Shown here one piece after another: positions 40,332 to 51,368 of a stretch of 64,000 bases of DNA. The notes under the pieces were generated by a model, which saw only the letters and a program-made list of their open reading frames with translations, did not search any database and had not been told where the DNA came from. Source of the DNA: an uncultured Candidatus Saccharibacteria bacterium (GTDB lineage: Bacteria > Patescibacteriota > Minisyncoccia > Phycocordibacterales > UBA3531); the NCBI GenBank assembly GCA_964361405.1, contig CAYIAA010000001.1, positions 84,917 through 148,916 on the forward strand. The letters run 5' to 3'. Made by a program: the position numbers and the translations under genes. Positions within the stretch are counted from its first letter, which is position 1, and the number at the start of each line of letters is the position of its first letter.

Positions 40332-42053
40332 ATGTCGGATTCGGTAGAGAAGATTAAGGAGCGGCTCGGAATCGTGGATGTTGTATCGGGCTACTTGAAA
40401 CTCGAGCGAGCCGGGCAAAACTTCAAAGCACGCTGTCCATTCCACAACGAAAAGACACCGTCTTTTTTCGTCTCCCCATCACGGGGAACGTACCACTGTT
40501 TCGGCTGTAACCGCGGAGGAGACCAGTTTTCCTTTGTGGAGGAGGTTGAAGGTATTCCATTTCTCGAGGCGCTCAAGCTCTTAGCTGATCGAGCGGGGGT
40601 GACCTTAACGCACGAAGATCCCAAGCAAAAGACGGAGCGTGACCGAGCGCTTGCCGCTCTCACTGCCGCGACGGAATATTATGAGTCGCAGTTGGAAAGA
40701 AACACTAATGTCAAAAACTATCTCCAGGAGCGCGGACTCACCCCCGAGACCACTCGGTCGTTCAGACTTGGCTTCGCCCCGAGCGGCTGGAGGAATGTGA
40801 AAGAACGATTAGTCCAACTCGGATTCAAAGAAAACGATGTGGAGCGGGCAGGACTTATTATTCGTTCGCCGAAAGATGAAAAACAGACATATGACCGTTT
40901 TCGGAGCCGTATTATGTTTCCGATTGAAGACGGAAGCGGGAGGATTATAGGATTTTCCGGACGCATTTTTGGGTCTACGGATGAGAATGAAGCGAAGTAT
41001 ATTAATTCGCCGCAAAGTATCCTTTTCGACAAATCGAAGGCGCTCTACGGATATTCCCGGGCTAAAGATGAAATGCGCAAGGAGAACCGCGTCGTCTTGG
41101 TTGAAGGGCAAGTTGACGTACTTCTTTCCCATCAAGCGGGATTTAAGAATACCGTCGGTGTATCCGGTACGGCTCTCTCGCCCGAACATCTCCGCATGAT
41201 GAAGCGCATGACAGACAATTTGGTGACGGCATTCGACGGTGACACCGCTGGCGTTGCGGCAGGCACGCGAGCGTATAAGCTTGCAATTGAAGAAGGTTTT
41301 AACGTCACACTTGCCGAACTCCCAGAAGGTATGGATCCCGCTGACCTTGTCCTCCGCGACCCTTCTTTATGGCGGAAGGCGCTTCTCGAGGCGCGGCATG
41401 TGATTGAGGTTTACCTCGAAAGGATTTCAAGAGCTACCGATCGGCGGTCACAGGCCATCAGCCTCTCGCGCGAAGTTTTACCGCTTGTAGCTCGGATTCC
41501 GTCACAGAGCGAATCTGCGCATTTTATCCGTCTCGCGTCCTCGCTCCTTAACCTGAAAGAAGACGCGCTTTGGGAAGATTTGGAGAAAGTTCGCAGTACA
41601 ACTGGTGATGAGATTCCACCCGAGAGTTATGCACTTCCCAAGCGGACAAGAAAAGAAATGATTATGGAGAAAATTGCAGGCAGTCTGTTTTGGCAAGGAA
41701 AGATGACCGAAATCAAAAAGGCCCCAGATGAAGACCATGACGTTATGCGTTTTCGAACGCTCGTCGGAGAGGAAGCGTGGAAACGATTTTTGACATTGCC
41801 GAAAGATGACCGTGAACGTATGGCTTTTGAAGCTGAACTCTATTATGGTGGAGCAGGAGATCCAGGAAAGGTTATTCAAGATCTCCTCAATAACCTCGAA
41901 ATTGAAATGCTTCGCGACGAGCTTGTATCCTCGATTGAGCGCCTTCGAGCATCCGAGCGTGAAGACGATGAACGAGAAATAAAGAAGTATTTGGAACGGT
42001 GCCGGGATTTAAGTTCGCGGCTGTCAGCGATGAAAGAAGCTATCGAGGTATAA
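40332..42053 (+). CDS. dnaG: DNA primase
   Basis: [11 protein letters not shown]...CFGC zinc finger, KYINSP, VEGQVD, FDGD Toprim. Confidence 0.96.
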   Translation: MSDSVEKIKERLGIVDVVSGYLKLERAGQNFKARCPFHNEKTPSFFVSPSRGTYHCFGCNRGGDQFSFVEEVEGIPFLEALKLLADRAGVTLTHEDPKQKTERDRALAALTAATEYYESQLERNTNVKNYLQERGLTPETTRSFRLGFAPSGWRNVKERLVQLGFKENDVERAGLIIRSPKDEKQTYDRFRSRIMFPIEDGSGRIIGFSGRIFGSTDENEAKYINSPQSILFDKSKALYGYSRAKDEMRKENRVVLVEGQVDVLLSHQAGFKNTVGVSGTALSPEHLRMMKRMTDNLVTAFDGDTAGVAAGTRAYKLAIEEGFNVTLAELPEGMDPADLVLRDPSLWRKALLEARHVIEVYLERISRATDRRSQAISLSREVLPLVARIPSQSESAHFIRLASSLLNLKEDALWEDLEKVRSTTGDEIPPESYALPKRTRKEMIMEKIAGSLFWQGKMTEIKKAPDEDHDVMRFRTLVGEEAWKRFLTLPKDDRERMAFEAELYYGGAGDPGKVIQDLLNNLEIEMLRDELVSSIERLRASEREDDEREIKKYLERCRDLSSRLSAMKEAIEV

Positions 42054-42063
42054 CATAAATCAC

Positions 42064-43311
42064 ATGTCCATAAAAAAGAGAGTTCAATCTAAGTCGCGAC
42101 GGCTCACCCGGAGAGCTCCCCACCGGGTATCGGTAAAGCCGAAGGGAGGGGGAGTACGACCGAAAACTTCCCCTTCGAAGACCCGTCCGGCACTTTCTCC
42201 ACAGGCAAAGGCGGCGAAGACGAGATCGGCTCGCTCGCTTGAACGGAAGGCGGAGGCACTCGTGACTCGGGGAAAGGAACGGGGATTCCTCACCTATGGG
42301 GAACTCTTGAAGGAATTTCCGGACATTGAATACAATTTACCCTTTCTCGACGAACTCTATGGACGCCTCGCCGAAGGGAATGTTGACGTTATCGAAGGGG
42401 GAGGATTACTTGATCTTGATCTCGAATCGCGGAAAGGGAAGGCGGGAGATGACTTGAGCGATCTCGAGCGCCCCCACGACCCCTCGCTCGATTCCGTGCA
42501 GATGTATTTAAAGGAGATCGGCCAGTATAAACTCATTGCCGCGAAAGACGAGCGAGAGCTTGCTCAACGCATTCAGCGTGGCGATGAAGAGGCAAGAGGC
42601 ACACTCGCAAAAGCAAACCTCCGCCTCGTGGTCTCAATTGCGAAGAAATATATCGGCCGGAGCTCGGACCTCACTCTTCTCGATTTGATTCAGGAAGGGA
42701 ACATTGGCCTTTTTAAGGCCGTCGAGAAGTTCGATTGGGAGAAGGGCTTCAAATTCTCAACGTATGCGACATGGTGGATTAGACAGGCAATTACGCGGGC
42801 ACTTGCGGACCAGAGCCGAACTATCCGGATTCCCGTTCACATGGTGGAAACGATCGCGAAATATAAGCAAGTGGTGCGGCGGCTGACGCAGGATTTGGGA
42901 CGTGACCCGCTTCCTGAAGAGGTCGCAATCGAGATGGGGCTCGACGTTGAGAAAATCCACCAAATAGGACAGATCAATCAAGGTACCGTTTCCCTCGAAA
43001 AACCGATCGGCGACGATGACGAGAAATCAACGCTCGGCGAATTTATTCCTGACGATAAAATCCTCTCACCGGATAATCAGAGCGCTCGGAGGATTCTTTC
43101 TGATCAAATTAAGGAGATTTTGAGCGATCTCTCGCTGAAGGAGCGAAAAATCCTCGAAATGCGTTACGGGCTTCATGACGGTATCATGCGAACTCTCGAA
43201 GAGGTCGGCAAGGAATTCGGAGTGACACGCGAGCGGATACGCCAGATCGAAGCGAAAGCCCACGAGAAGATCCGCCAGCACGAAAAGGTGAAGCGGCTTC
43301 TTAGCTATTAA
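42064..43311 (+). CDS. rpoD: Primary sigma factor
   Basis: [44 protein letters not shown]. Confidence 0.96.
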   Translation: MSIKKRVQSKSRRLTRRAPHRVSVKPKGGGVRPKTSPSKTRPALSPQAKAAKTRSARSLERKAEALVTRGKERGFLTYGELLKEFPDIEYNLPFLDELYGRLAEGNVDVIEGGGLLDLDLESRKGKAGDDLSDLERPHDPSLDSVQMYLKEIGQYKLIAAKDERELAQRIQRGDEEARGTLAKANLRLVVSIAKKYIGRSSDLTLLDLIQEGNIGLFKAVEKFDWEKGFKFSTYATWWIRQAITRALADQSRTIRIPVHMVETIAKYKQVVRRLTQDLGRDPLPEEVAIEMGLDVEKIHQIGQINQGTVSLEKPIGDDDEKSTLGEFIPDDKILSPDNQSARRILSDQIKEILSDLSLKERKILEMRYGLHDGIMRTLEEVGKEFGVTRERIRQIEAKAHEKIRQHEKVKRLLSY

Positions 43312-43314
43312 ACT

Positions 43315-44067
43315 ATGTTCTCTCCGGCGCTGTATGCTATCGGGAGTGTCATCCTCATATCGGCCGTGTCTTTCGTTGGACTCGGGACAATCGCGATGGG
43401 AGGGGAGAGGCTCAAAAAACTGGTTTTTATTTTGGTGTCCCTCGCCGCGGGGGGGCTGTTGGGCGACGCGTTCATCCATCTGATTCCCGAAGCATTTCTT
43501 TCCGGCGGTGACCCATCGCGGATCTCCCTCCTCGTACTTGCTGGAATACTTCTCTTTTTTATCTTGGAGAAAATCCTCCGCTGGCACCACTACCACGATA
43601 CGGAGGAAAGTATGCATACGACCAAGCACATCGGCCACATGAACTTGGTTTCCGATGGTATGCATAATTTTATTGATGGCCTTTTTATCGGAGTCTCATA
43701 CTTGGTAAGTGTTCCGGTCGGCATTGCGACGACGGTCGCGGTCTTTCTTCACGAGATTCCGCAGGAAATCGGCGACTTCGGCGTTCTTATTCACTCGGGC
43801 TATTCCACCTTCCGCGCGCTATTTTTGAATTTCTGCATAGCACTGTTTGCTCTTCTTGGTGTGATTATTGCGGTTATCGTTGGTCCTGCGGTTCAAGGAT
43901 TTTCCGAAGCCATCCTTCCTCTCACGGCAGGGACATTTATCTATATCGCCGCCTCTGACTTGGTACCCGAGCTCCACAAGATTTCCGATCCCAAAAAATC
44001 TCTCCTTCAACTTCTTTTTATGCTTATCGGAATCGGTATGATGTACGGACTCCTTCTCTTTGACTAG
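43315..44067 (+). CDS. ZIP-family metal transporter
   Basis: HLIPE, HHYH loop, HNFIDG, HEIPQEIGD. Confidence 0.92.
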   Translation: MFSPALYAIGSVILISAVSFVGLGTIAMGGERLKKLVFILVSLAAGGLLGDAFIHLIPEAFLSGGDPSRISLLVLAGILLFFILEKILRWHHYHDTEESMHTTKHIGHMNLVSDGMHNFIDGLFIGVSYLVSVPVGIATTVAVFLHEIPQEIGDFGVLIHSGYSTFRALFLNFCIALFALLGVIIAVIVGPAVQGFSEAILPLTAGTFIYIAASDLVPELHKISDPKKSLLQLLFMLIGIGMMYGLLLFD

Positions 44068-44841
44068 ATGCGTCTCCTCTCGTGGAATATTAACGGCCTT
44101 CGATCATCGCACAAATCCGGCTTTCTCGACTGGCTCTACAATGATTCCCCGGACGTGCTCGCTCTTCAGGAAGTAAAAGCCGAAGCCGAGGATTTGCCCG
44201 ATGACCTCCGCACTCCGCGCGGGTATCATTCGTTCTTTTTCGCCGCCCGCATAAAAAAGGGGTATAGCGGCGTGGCACTTTATACGAAAGAGGAGCCGAA
44301 AGACATACGTTACGGTTTTGGTATTAAAAAATTCGACGAAGAGGGGAGGGTATTGACCGCCCGTTTCAAGGAATTCACGCTCGTCAACGCTTATTTTCCA
44401 AACAGCAGTCGAGAGGGGAAACTTAAGTATAAACTCGATTTTGATGATGCGTTTTTGGATTATATCGAAACGCTCCAAAAAAAAGGCGAGCGTATTGTTT
44501 TCTGCGGGGACATGAATGTTGCGCACGAGGATATCGATATCGCGCGGCCGAAAGAAAACGAGGGGAATGCGGGGTTTACCGTGGGTGAGCGCGCCTGGAT
44601 TGATGAAGTGGTCGCGCATGGCTATATCGACACCTTCCGATATTTCCATCCAGCGAAGCGCGACGCCTACAGCTGGTGGGACCTGAAATCGCGCGCCCGC
44701 GACCGGAATGTGGGCTGGCGGATAGACTATATCTTTATTACCCCAGACCTCCTCAAGCATTTGAAAAGTGCTTCAATTCTTTCTCACGTCATGAGCTCCG
44801 ACCACTGCCCGGTGGGAATCGAACTCGATTTTAAGAAATAA
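44068..44841 (+). CDS. xth: Exodeoxyribonuclease III
   Basis: SWNINGLR, LQEVK, GDMNVAH, GWRIDY, SDHCP. Confidence 0.95.
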   Translation: MRLLSWNINGLRSSHKSGFLDWLYNDSPDVLALQEVKAEAEDLPDDLRTPRGYHSFFFAARIKKGYSGVALYTKEEPKDIRYGFGIKKFDEEGRVLTARFKEFTLVNAYFPNSSREGKLKYKLDFDDAFLDYIETLQKKGERIVFCGDMNVAHEDIDIARPKENEGNAGFTVGERAWIDEVVAHGYIDTFRYFHPAKRDAYSWWDLKSRARDRNVGWRIDYIFITPDLLKHLKSASILSHVMSSDHCPVGIELDFKK

Positions 44842-45241
44842 GTCGAGAAACAATAACTAGGCTGGTAATACCAGTCATAGCAACCTCAAAAAGAGGTGTC
44901 AGACCAACACCTAAAATAGTTGGCATTTCCTTCGCGTAGCTCCACCGCCCGCGGGTGAGGGAGATTTTTTCGTCAATGAATGAGAATGCGAGTGCCAGGG
45001 TTATAAAAGCGGTGAGTTGGAAGGGTTTCTCAAAGATGGCAGTGTTTTGGAATAAGAGGACTGTGATGCCATAGAAAGAGATAATCCAAAAGGCATCTTT
45101 TAAAGACATCACTGTGATGAGTTTTACGTATCGGTCGAGAGGCATTGTGTGGCACGTTTCATAGAGCCGGCTATGCCAGAGTTCCCAAAGGAGGTTTAGG
45201 AAAAAAGCGATGGCGAAAAGTATGAAAAGAAATTCGAGCAT
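44831..45241 (-). CDS. Hypothetical four-TM membrane protein
   Basis: Hydrophobic helices with WE..H..LY and W.Y...MP..GVGLTP patterns; follows the ATPase. Confidence 0.7.
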   Translation of the reverse strand: MLEFLFILFAIAFFLNLLWELWHSRLYETCHTMPLDRYVKLITVMSLKDAFWIISFYGITVLLFQNTAIFEKPFQLTAFITLALAFSFIDEKISLTRGRWSYAKEMPTILGVGLTPLFEVAMTGITSLVIVSRLIS

Positions 45242-45250
45242 TACTATCTG

Positions 45251-47887
45251 TTAGGCATATTCGGGACCGCAAATGTCCTTAACCGTCATCGCTTTTGCGA
45301 ATTCGACAAGAGCGAATTTTACGAGTCCCAGCCCTACGATGAGAAAGAGGTAGTAGGGCGGAAGCGGCACGGTGTGAAGAACGTCATTGAAGATCGGGAG
45401 ATAAATCGCGGCGAGCATCGCGATCATTCCGAAGATAACCGCGGTATTGAGATACGGGTTCCCGAAGATTGGAGATTTCAAGAGAGGATTGCGGAGCGAT
45501 TTGATGGCGAATGAGTAGAGGAGGGCGTCGATACCGATTGCGGCAAACATAACCGTCCGGATAACGTCGGGGGTAATGTTCGTTTTAAATACGAAGTAAG
45601 CGAATATCGCAACGAGGAACAGATCGGTGATGAGACCGATGGCAAAAATAATTATCTTTGACGTGCGGTCGAGTATCGGTTCATTTTTCGGTCGCGGGGG
45701 ACGTTCCATAACATCCCGTTCTCCCGGTTCAAATGCCATTGCAATCGAGGGAAAGCCGTCGTTGAGGAGATTAATATAGAGGATTTGGAGTGGAGCGAGG
45801 GGGAGCGGGGTGGCCGGGAAGAATATTTTCAGGACAAGCGATGAGAGAATAAGAATGATTTCGGTGAAGGACGTTGAGAGGAGGAAAACGGTAACTTTTC
45901 TGATGTTCTCGAATGAGATCCGTCCTTCTTCAACCGCGGCGACGATCGTCGAGAAACTGTCGTCGAGGATGACGATGCCGGAGGCCTCTTTTGCAACGTC
46001 AGTTCCGCTTCCGAGCGCAATGCCGACGTGCGCCTGTTTCAATGCCGGAGCGTCGTTGATGCCGTCTCCGGTCATCGCCACCACTTCGCCCTGCCGCTCT
46101 AGCGCTTGAACGATGCGCATTTTGTGCTCCGGCGTGACGCGGGCAAATATGTTGGTTTCTTTGAGTTCTTTTTCGAGCTCAAGATCGGAGAGTCGGTCAA
46201 GCTCGTCTCCACGAATGAGTGAATGCGATGTCGCGGGAAGGCCAAGTTCCCGCGCCACCGCAAGTGCAGTCATCGAATGATCGCCAGTCGCCATAATTAC
46301 CCGTATGCCCGCGCGGCGGGCCCGCTCAAGCGCACCTTTAACGTCAGGTCGCACCGGGTCGGAAATGACTACACATCCAAGGAAACAAAGGTCGGAAACG
46401 AGACCGAGGAGCCCTCCCTCATCTCTTCGTTCTTCATCTGTAAGTGTTTTCCTAAGCGTACGCACACCAAGAGCAATGACGCGGTATCCTTGTCGCGCCA
46501 GCTCTTCAGCATTCCGAGCAATTTCTTTCTGTCTTCCAGCGATGGAACGCGCCTTTCCGCCAAAGAAACACTCACTTGATCGACGGAGTATCTTTTCCGG
46601 CGCTCCGGAGACGTACACGTTGAGATCTTTTTTCTTTTGGTGGAAGGAGGCAAGGAACCCCCAGCTATTATCGAATGTCAGCATAGCGACCCTGGGCTCC
46701 TTCTCAAGAAGGAGGTCGAGCTTCCCGCCGCCCGAGAGAAAGTACTGCATTTTGGCCACATCCGTTGGGTCTCCATGGATGCGTACCTCCCGCTCACCGC
46801 GTTCAACGATTGCTTCATTTGCGAGCGCCATCGCAATACTCGCTTCATCCTCATTCCCGCTCTCCGTTATCACGCGCTCGACGTGCATCCTGCCTTCTGT
46901 CAACGTGCCGGTTTTATCGACGCAGATGACGGTGGCTGCGCCTAAGGTTTCCGTTGCGGTGAGTTCCCGAACGACCCCCCGTTTCCGTAAAATACGTTCG
47001 GCTCCGATAGCGAGCGCGATCGATATCGCAGCGGGGAGTCCCTCGGGGATGCCCGCGACCGAGAGAGCGATTGCCATCGAAAACATTTCAATGAGGGGGA
47101 GTCCCTGTAGCCGGCCGATGGTGAAAATGAGTATTGCCGAGAGGAGCACGGCAAGCGCGATAATCCGGCTCAGGGTCGTCATACCTGCCTTCAGCGGAGA
47201 GACGGCGTGAGCCGCCGCTTGCGTCAACGCGCTGATGCGGCCGATTTCGGTTAAGGCGCCGGTGTGTACCACGACTGCCAGCCCCTCTCCGCGCACGATG
47301 ACGCTCCCCATAAAGACCATGTTTCGTCTATCGGCAAGCGGAGCGTCTTCGTGGATTAAGAGCGTTTCCTTGACTATCGGCATTCCTTCTCCGGTGAGAC
47401 TTGCCTCATTCACAGAGAGGCTCTGCACTTCGATAATTCTTGCGTCTGCCGGTACCAAGGAACCGGCCTTTAAAATGATGACATCACCTGGAACAAGTGT
47501 GTGCGCATCAAGTTCATGCACCTCCCAATTGCGGCGCACAAATGCCCGCATGGGGACGATTCGTTTGAGCGCCTTGAGGATATTGCTCGAGCGATATTCT
47601 TGCCAGAAACCGACACCGATATTTATGACAACGGCAAGGGTAATGAATATCGCGTCTTCGAATGCCCCAAGCCAAAGCGTAAGAGAGGCTCCGATGAGGA
47701 GGATATAGACGAGCGGGCTTACGAGTTGTCGGAGGAGAAGTCGAAATGCTCCATCCTCTTTTCGCTCAGGCAAAATGTTACTGCCATAGCGTTTAAGACG
47801 CCGACTCGCTTCCTCATTTGAGAGTCCTTTTCCTTCATCACTCTCGAGCTCCGCGAGTGTTTTTGAAACTGTTTTATGATGCCACAT
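45251..47887 (-). CDS. P-type cation-transporting ATPase (P2A, Ca2+-like)
   Basis: PEGL, DKTGT, TGD, GDGINDAPALK. Confidence 0.93.
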   Translation of the reverse strand: MWHHKTVSKTLAELESDEGKGLSNEEASRRLKRYGSNILPERKEDGAFRLLLRQLVSPLVYILLIGASLTLWLGAFEDAIFITLAVVINIGVGFWQEYRSSNILKALKRIVPMRAFVRRNWEVHELDAHTLVPGDVIILKAGSLVPADARIIEVQSLSVNEASLTGEGMPIVKETLLIHEDAPLADRRNMVFMGSVIVRGEGLAVVVHTGALTEIGRISALTQAAAHAVSPLKAGMTTLSRIIALAVLLSAILIFTIGRLQGLPLIEMFSMAIALSVAGIPEGLPAAISIALAIGAERILRKRGVVRELTATETLGAATVICVDKTGTLTEGRMHVERVITESGNEDEASIAMALANEAIVERGEREVRIHGDPTDVAKMQYFLSGGGKLDLLLEKEPRVAMLTFDNSWGFLASFHQKKKDLNVYVSGAPEKILRRSSECFFGGKARSIAGRQKEIARNAEELARQGYRVIALGVRTLRKTLTDEERRDEGGLLGLVSDLCFLGCVVISDPVRPDVKGALERARRAGIRVIMATGDHSMTALAVARELGLPATSHSLIRGDELDRLSDLELEKELKETNIFARVTPEHKMRIVQALERQGEVVAMTGDGINDAPALKQAHVGIALGSGTDVAKEASGIVILDDSFSTIVAAVEEGRISFENIRKVTVFLLSTSFTEIILILSSLVLKIFFPATPLPLAPLQILYINLLNDGFPSIAMAFEPGERDVMERPPRPKNEPILDRTSKIIIFAIGLITDLFLVAIFAYFVFKTNITPDVIRTVMFAAIGIDALLYSFAIKSLRNPLLKSPIFGNPYLNTAVIFGMIAMLAAIYLPIFNDVLHTVPLPPYYLFLIVGLGLVKFALVEFAKAMTVKDICGPEYA

Positions 47888-47997
47888 TCCCCTGTGTTTT
47901 AACTTCGTCCATACATTAAACCACGCTCGGATAAGAAAGAATACTTGGCTGCGCTTTTTTTGCTGGATTTCTGGTGATTTTTGTGGAAGAATCTTAA

Positions 47998-49323
47998 ATG
48001 AAACCTATGGCACCCGATCTCGACACTATTGTTTCCCTCGCCAAGCGGCGGGGTTTTGTATTTCCATCTTCTGAAATCTACGGTGGACTCGCGGGAGCAT
48101 GGGATTACGGCCCTTTTGGCAGCGAACTCAAATACAACATTGAACACCTCTGGTGGAAGCGGTTTGTCTCGGGTCGTGAGGATATGTACGGCATCAACTC
48201 CTCAATTTTAATGAATCCCAAGGTGTGGGAATCTGCCGGGCATGTTCAAGGGTTCGGCGACCCACTCATGACATGCGCAAATTGCAAGAACTCATTTCGG
48301 GCTGACGAATATGGTGATGGCGCTCCGGCTTTATGCTCTTTCTGCGGCGCTGACACGAAGTCTCTCTCGACACCCAGGGTGTTCAATACCATGTTTGCGA
48401 CGCATGTCGGGGTATCCAAGGACGAAGAGCACATAACATACCTTCGTCCCGAAACGGCGCAAGGGATGTTCGTGAATTTTAAAAACATACTGGATTCTCT
48501 GCATCCAAAACTTCCTTTTGGAATGGCACAAATCGGGAAAGCATTCAGAAATGAGATCGCGCCGCGGGATTTTCTCTTTCGCGCGCGTGAGTTCGGGCAA
48601 ATGGAGATAGAGTATTTCGTGAAAGAAGCGGAGTGGGAAAAGTGGTTTGAATACTGGCGAGGAGAGATGGTTGGGTGGATAGAGGAGATAGGTATTTCAA
48701 AAAACCGCTTTCATGAACGTGAAGTCTCCGACACTGACCGGGCGCATTACTCGAAACGCACGATTGATTTCGACTACGATTTTCCTTTTGGGAGGAAAGA
48801 ATTATACGGACTTGCGTATCGTGGCGATTACGACTTGCGCAAGCACGAGACGGGGAGCGGGGCGGATATGCGCTTCACGGACCCCGAGACAGGGGAGAAA
48901 TTCGTTCCTCATGTGATCGAACCTACATTCGGCGTGGACAGAACTGTTCTTGCCATTCTTTGCGAAGCGTATGCTGAAGAGGGTAGCGGCGAAGAGAAGC
49001 GTGTTGTTCTTCATTTTAAGCCCAAACTTGCTCCGGTTAAGATCGCAGTCTTTCCGCTCCTGCGGAATAAACCAGAGCTCGTTACGGGAGCTCGAGAGGT
49101 ATTTCAGGCGCTTAAAGGTATGTTCCCATCAACCCTTTGGGATGACAATGGCAATATTGGGAAACGTTATCGAAGACAAGACGAACTCGGGACCCCATAC
49201 TGTGTGACTTTTGACTTCGAATCAATAGAGGACAAAGCTGTTACAGTCCGCGACCGCGACACGATGGAACAAGAAAGGATTAAGGTGGAGGAGCTTCCCG
49301 CCTACCTTTCTGAGAAATTCTAA
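47998..49323 (+). CDS. glyQS: Glycyl-tRNA synthetase, homodimeric alpha2 type
   Basis: LRPETAQG, GKAFRNEI, RAHYS, HVIEP, IGKRYRRQDE. Confidence 0.95.
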   Translation: MKPMAPDLDTIVSLAKRRGFVFPSSEIYGGLAGAWDYGPFGSELKYNIEHLWWKRFVSGREDMYGINSSILMNPKVWESAGHVQGFGDPLMTCANCKNSFRADEYGDGAPALCSFCGADTKSLSTPRVFNTMFATHVGVSKDEEHITYLRPETAQGMFVNFKNILDSLHPKLPFGMAQIGKAFRNEIAPRDFLFRAREFGQMEIEYFVKEAEWEKWFEYWRGEMVGWIEEIGISKNRFHEREVSDTDRAHYSKRTIDFDYDFPFGRKELYGLAYRGDYDLRKHETGSGADMRFTDPETGEKFVPHVIEPTFGVDRTVLAILCEAYAEEGSGEEKRVVLHFKPKLAPVKIAVFPLLRNKPELVTGAREVFQALKGMFPSTLWDDNGNIGKRYRRQDELGTPYCVTFDFESIEDKAVTVRDRDTMEQERIKVEELPAYLSEKF

Positions 49324-50111
49324 ATAAAAGCGGCAAGTACGGTGAGCAGGCCGAAGCCGATAATAAAATAGCTGAAATTGACGCGGTGCGCGACCTTGAG
49401 AAGGACGTGTATGCTTGCGATTCCCGTCACGAAAGCTGTGGCAAGGCCTATCAATGAATCTGCCGTGAACGCCGCAACGTTGGTGTTTAAAATGATATTT
49501 CCGCCTAAGACAGCAGGGAGACTCATGAGGAAACTTATCCGCAAAGCTTCTTCTTTTCCAACACCCCGGAAGATGAGTGCTGCAAGGGTAAATCCCGAGC
49601 GTGAAAATCCCGGAATTACGGCAAGCCCCTGCGCAAACCCAGTGATAACCGCGTCTGCCACACTCGTTCCCGAGGCGGTTTTTTTTCCGAAGTAATTCTT
49701 ATTTCTCTGGATAAGACCGGTCACGATAAGCAGGGTGCCGATTATTCCGGTCAAGAGTTGCGCCGAAACGAGCTTTGTTTCGATTTTTCCGATGCCCCAG
49801 TAGATGCCGAGCCCGAGTATTCCGGAAACAAAAGTCGAGAAAAAGAGAAATACAAGGAGCGCTCGGCCTCGGGAGTCGGTATGCTTAAAGTTATATGCGC
49901 TTTGTATGATAAGGAGAACATCCTTTCGCAAATAAACAAGAGCGGCCAAAAATGTTCCGGCGTGGAGGAAAAGCCCCTCTCGGATGATTGTCGTAAGAGT
50001 CGCCTCTTCTCCGAAAACACGCGTTTTCACGAGAATGAGTAACGACTTCGAGCTTATAGGGAGCCATTCCGTAAGCCCCTGAATTATCCCCAGTACGAAT
50101 CCCTCTATCAT
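49320..50111 (-). CDS. uppP: Undecaprenyl-diphosphate phosphatase
   Basis: QGLTEWLPISS and PGFSRSG motifs. Confidence 0.88.
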   Translation of the reverse strand: MIEGFVLGIIQGLTEWLPISSKSLLILVKTRVFGEEATLTTIIREGLFLHAGTFLAALVYLRKDVLLIIQSAYNFKHTDSRGRALLVFLFFSTFVSGILGLGIYWGIGKIETKLVSAQLLTGIIGTLLIVTGLIQRNKNYFGKKTASGTSVADAVITGFAQGLAVIPGFSRSGFTLAALIFRGVGKEEALRISFLMSLPAVLGGNIILNTNVAAFTADSLIGLATAFVTGIASIHVLLKVAHRVNFSYFIIGFGLLTVLAAFI

Positions 50112-50142
50112 TTTATTGTGAACTATAGCACGGAACGTAAAG

Positions 50143-50175
50143 AAGAAGCCCCGTCGATATTCGCCGGGGCTTCTT
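50143..50175 (-). terminator. Intrinsic terminator of the 68-aa orphan gene
   Basis: AAGAAGCCCCG / CGGGGCTTCTT 11-bp IR. Confidence 0.7.
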
Positions 50176-50196
50176 AGCCGGAGATTCTAGGGGAAC

Positions 50197-50403
50197 TTAT
50201 GTTCTCCAGTTGATGTTGTGGAGCTTGCAGAGACTCCGTACTATGTGACGTTGGAGAACCATTTTTTCTCCAACGTAGTCGAGGCAATCAATGCCCACAA
50301 GGTCTTTTTCTTTGGCTTCAGCAATGTGCCCGATGATCTCAATGACAATCTTATCCTGCTTACGCTTATGGTCGGCTTCGGTGTACATGTCTCTCTTTTC
50401 CAC
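50197..50403 (-). CDS. Orphan hypothetical protein (68 aa)
   Basis: AGGAGG SD at 50410-50415, promoter TTGACA-N17-TATAGT (50464-50436), own terminator. Confidence 0.7.
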   Translation of the reverse strand: MEKRDMYTEADHKRKQDKIVIEIIGHIAEAKEKDLVGIDCLDYVGEKMVLQRHIVRSLCKLHNINWRT

Positions 50404-50742
50404 CGTATACCTCCTATCGTTTCGAATCTAGAAAAACTATATTTATTATGTATATCTTTGTCAATATATTTGATCTATTTCGTAAAAAAAGTGCCGTACC
50501 CGAAGATCGTGCGCTTTATTTTATTGAAGCTCGCCTTTTTGCTTGGATTTTCCTAGCTTATAGCGCCCACTTCTCTATGATGCACAAGATGAGCTTCGGT
50601 ATGGGAAAGAACACGAAGAGAGTGGGGTTCCCCGAGGTTAAATCTTGGGGACGAGATGAAAAGTCAATAAGAAAAAACCCGCCGTTCGTTTCGCTTCGTG
50701 CGGAACTACTAGGCGGGTTGTTTAACTCATTGCGGCTCTGGG

Positions 50743-51288
50743 TTACGCCGCGAGAGTTTCCAGGTTGTCGATGATGCCAATCATCCGGCCGGTGTGCGAG
50801 GTCATAAACTTTCGGGCTTGTTCCGAGACGACATCGTAGGCGTTCAGGTGCTCCATTCCGGGGTGTCCCCAACCGCCCTTCATCTCATCCTTTCCCAGTC
50901 GCCAGTAGTTGACTGGATGGGTGAAAAGGCCGTGGATGTTGCCCAGAAAAACCTTGCTATCCGTGACCGTCTCGCCGCGCTTGGTGCGATTCCAGCCGTG
51001 CTCGCTCCGTCCAGCATTCTTGAAGTGCTTCTCGAGCATTCGTAGCTCCTGAAGCACCCCGCGGTACTGGCCGTAGTCGACCTCCTCGAATGCTAGGATG
51101 AGATCGCCGATTCCGCGATCGTGCCACCTCGACACAGTGTTGAAGAAGTAGACGATCTCGGTGAGCGGGTCACTCGATTTTGATGAACGTTCAAGAGCCT
51201 GACGGAGTTGTTGGAATTCTGGCTTCAGCGCAGTGAGATTGTGCTCCGGCTTGGTGAAAATTGCCTTCACTCGCTTTCTGATACTCAT
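50743..51288 (-). CDS. Hypothetical protein (about 181 aa)
   Basis: Clean ORF; promoter TTGACA-N17-TATGCT (51364-51336), AAGGA SD, downstream AACCCGCC/GGCGGGTT hairpin (50676-50719). Confidence 0.75.
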   Translation of the reverse strand: MSIRKRVKAIFTKPEHNLTALKPEFQQLRQALERSSKSSDPLTEIVYFFNTVSRWHDRGIGDLILAFEEVDYGQYRGVLQELRMLEKHFKNAGRSEHGWNRTKRGETVTDSKVFLGNIHGLFTHPVNYWRLGKDEMKGGWGHPGMEHLNAYDVVSEQARKFMTSHTGRMIGIIDNLETLAA

Positions 51289-51368
51289 GACCAATTCCTT
51301 TTTTGCAAAGAACTAACTATCAATCCACTGTTTAAAGCATAGCATATATAAGTTATATTGTCAATTTA

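Noticed and set aside
46305-47210. 301-aa ORF and other long antisense ORFs over the ATPase, rpoB, rpoC, GH15 and xth
   Set aside because: Shadow frames of well-supported genes, with no motifs or start signals.
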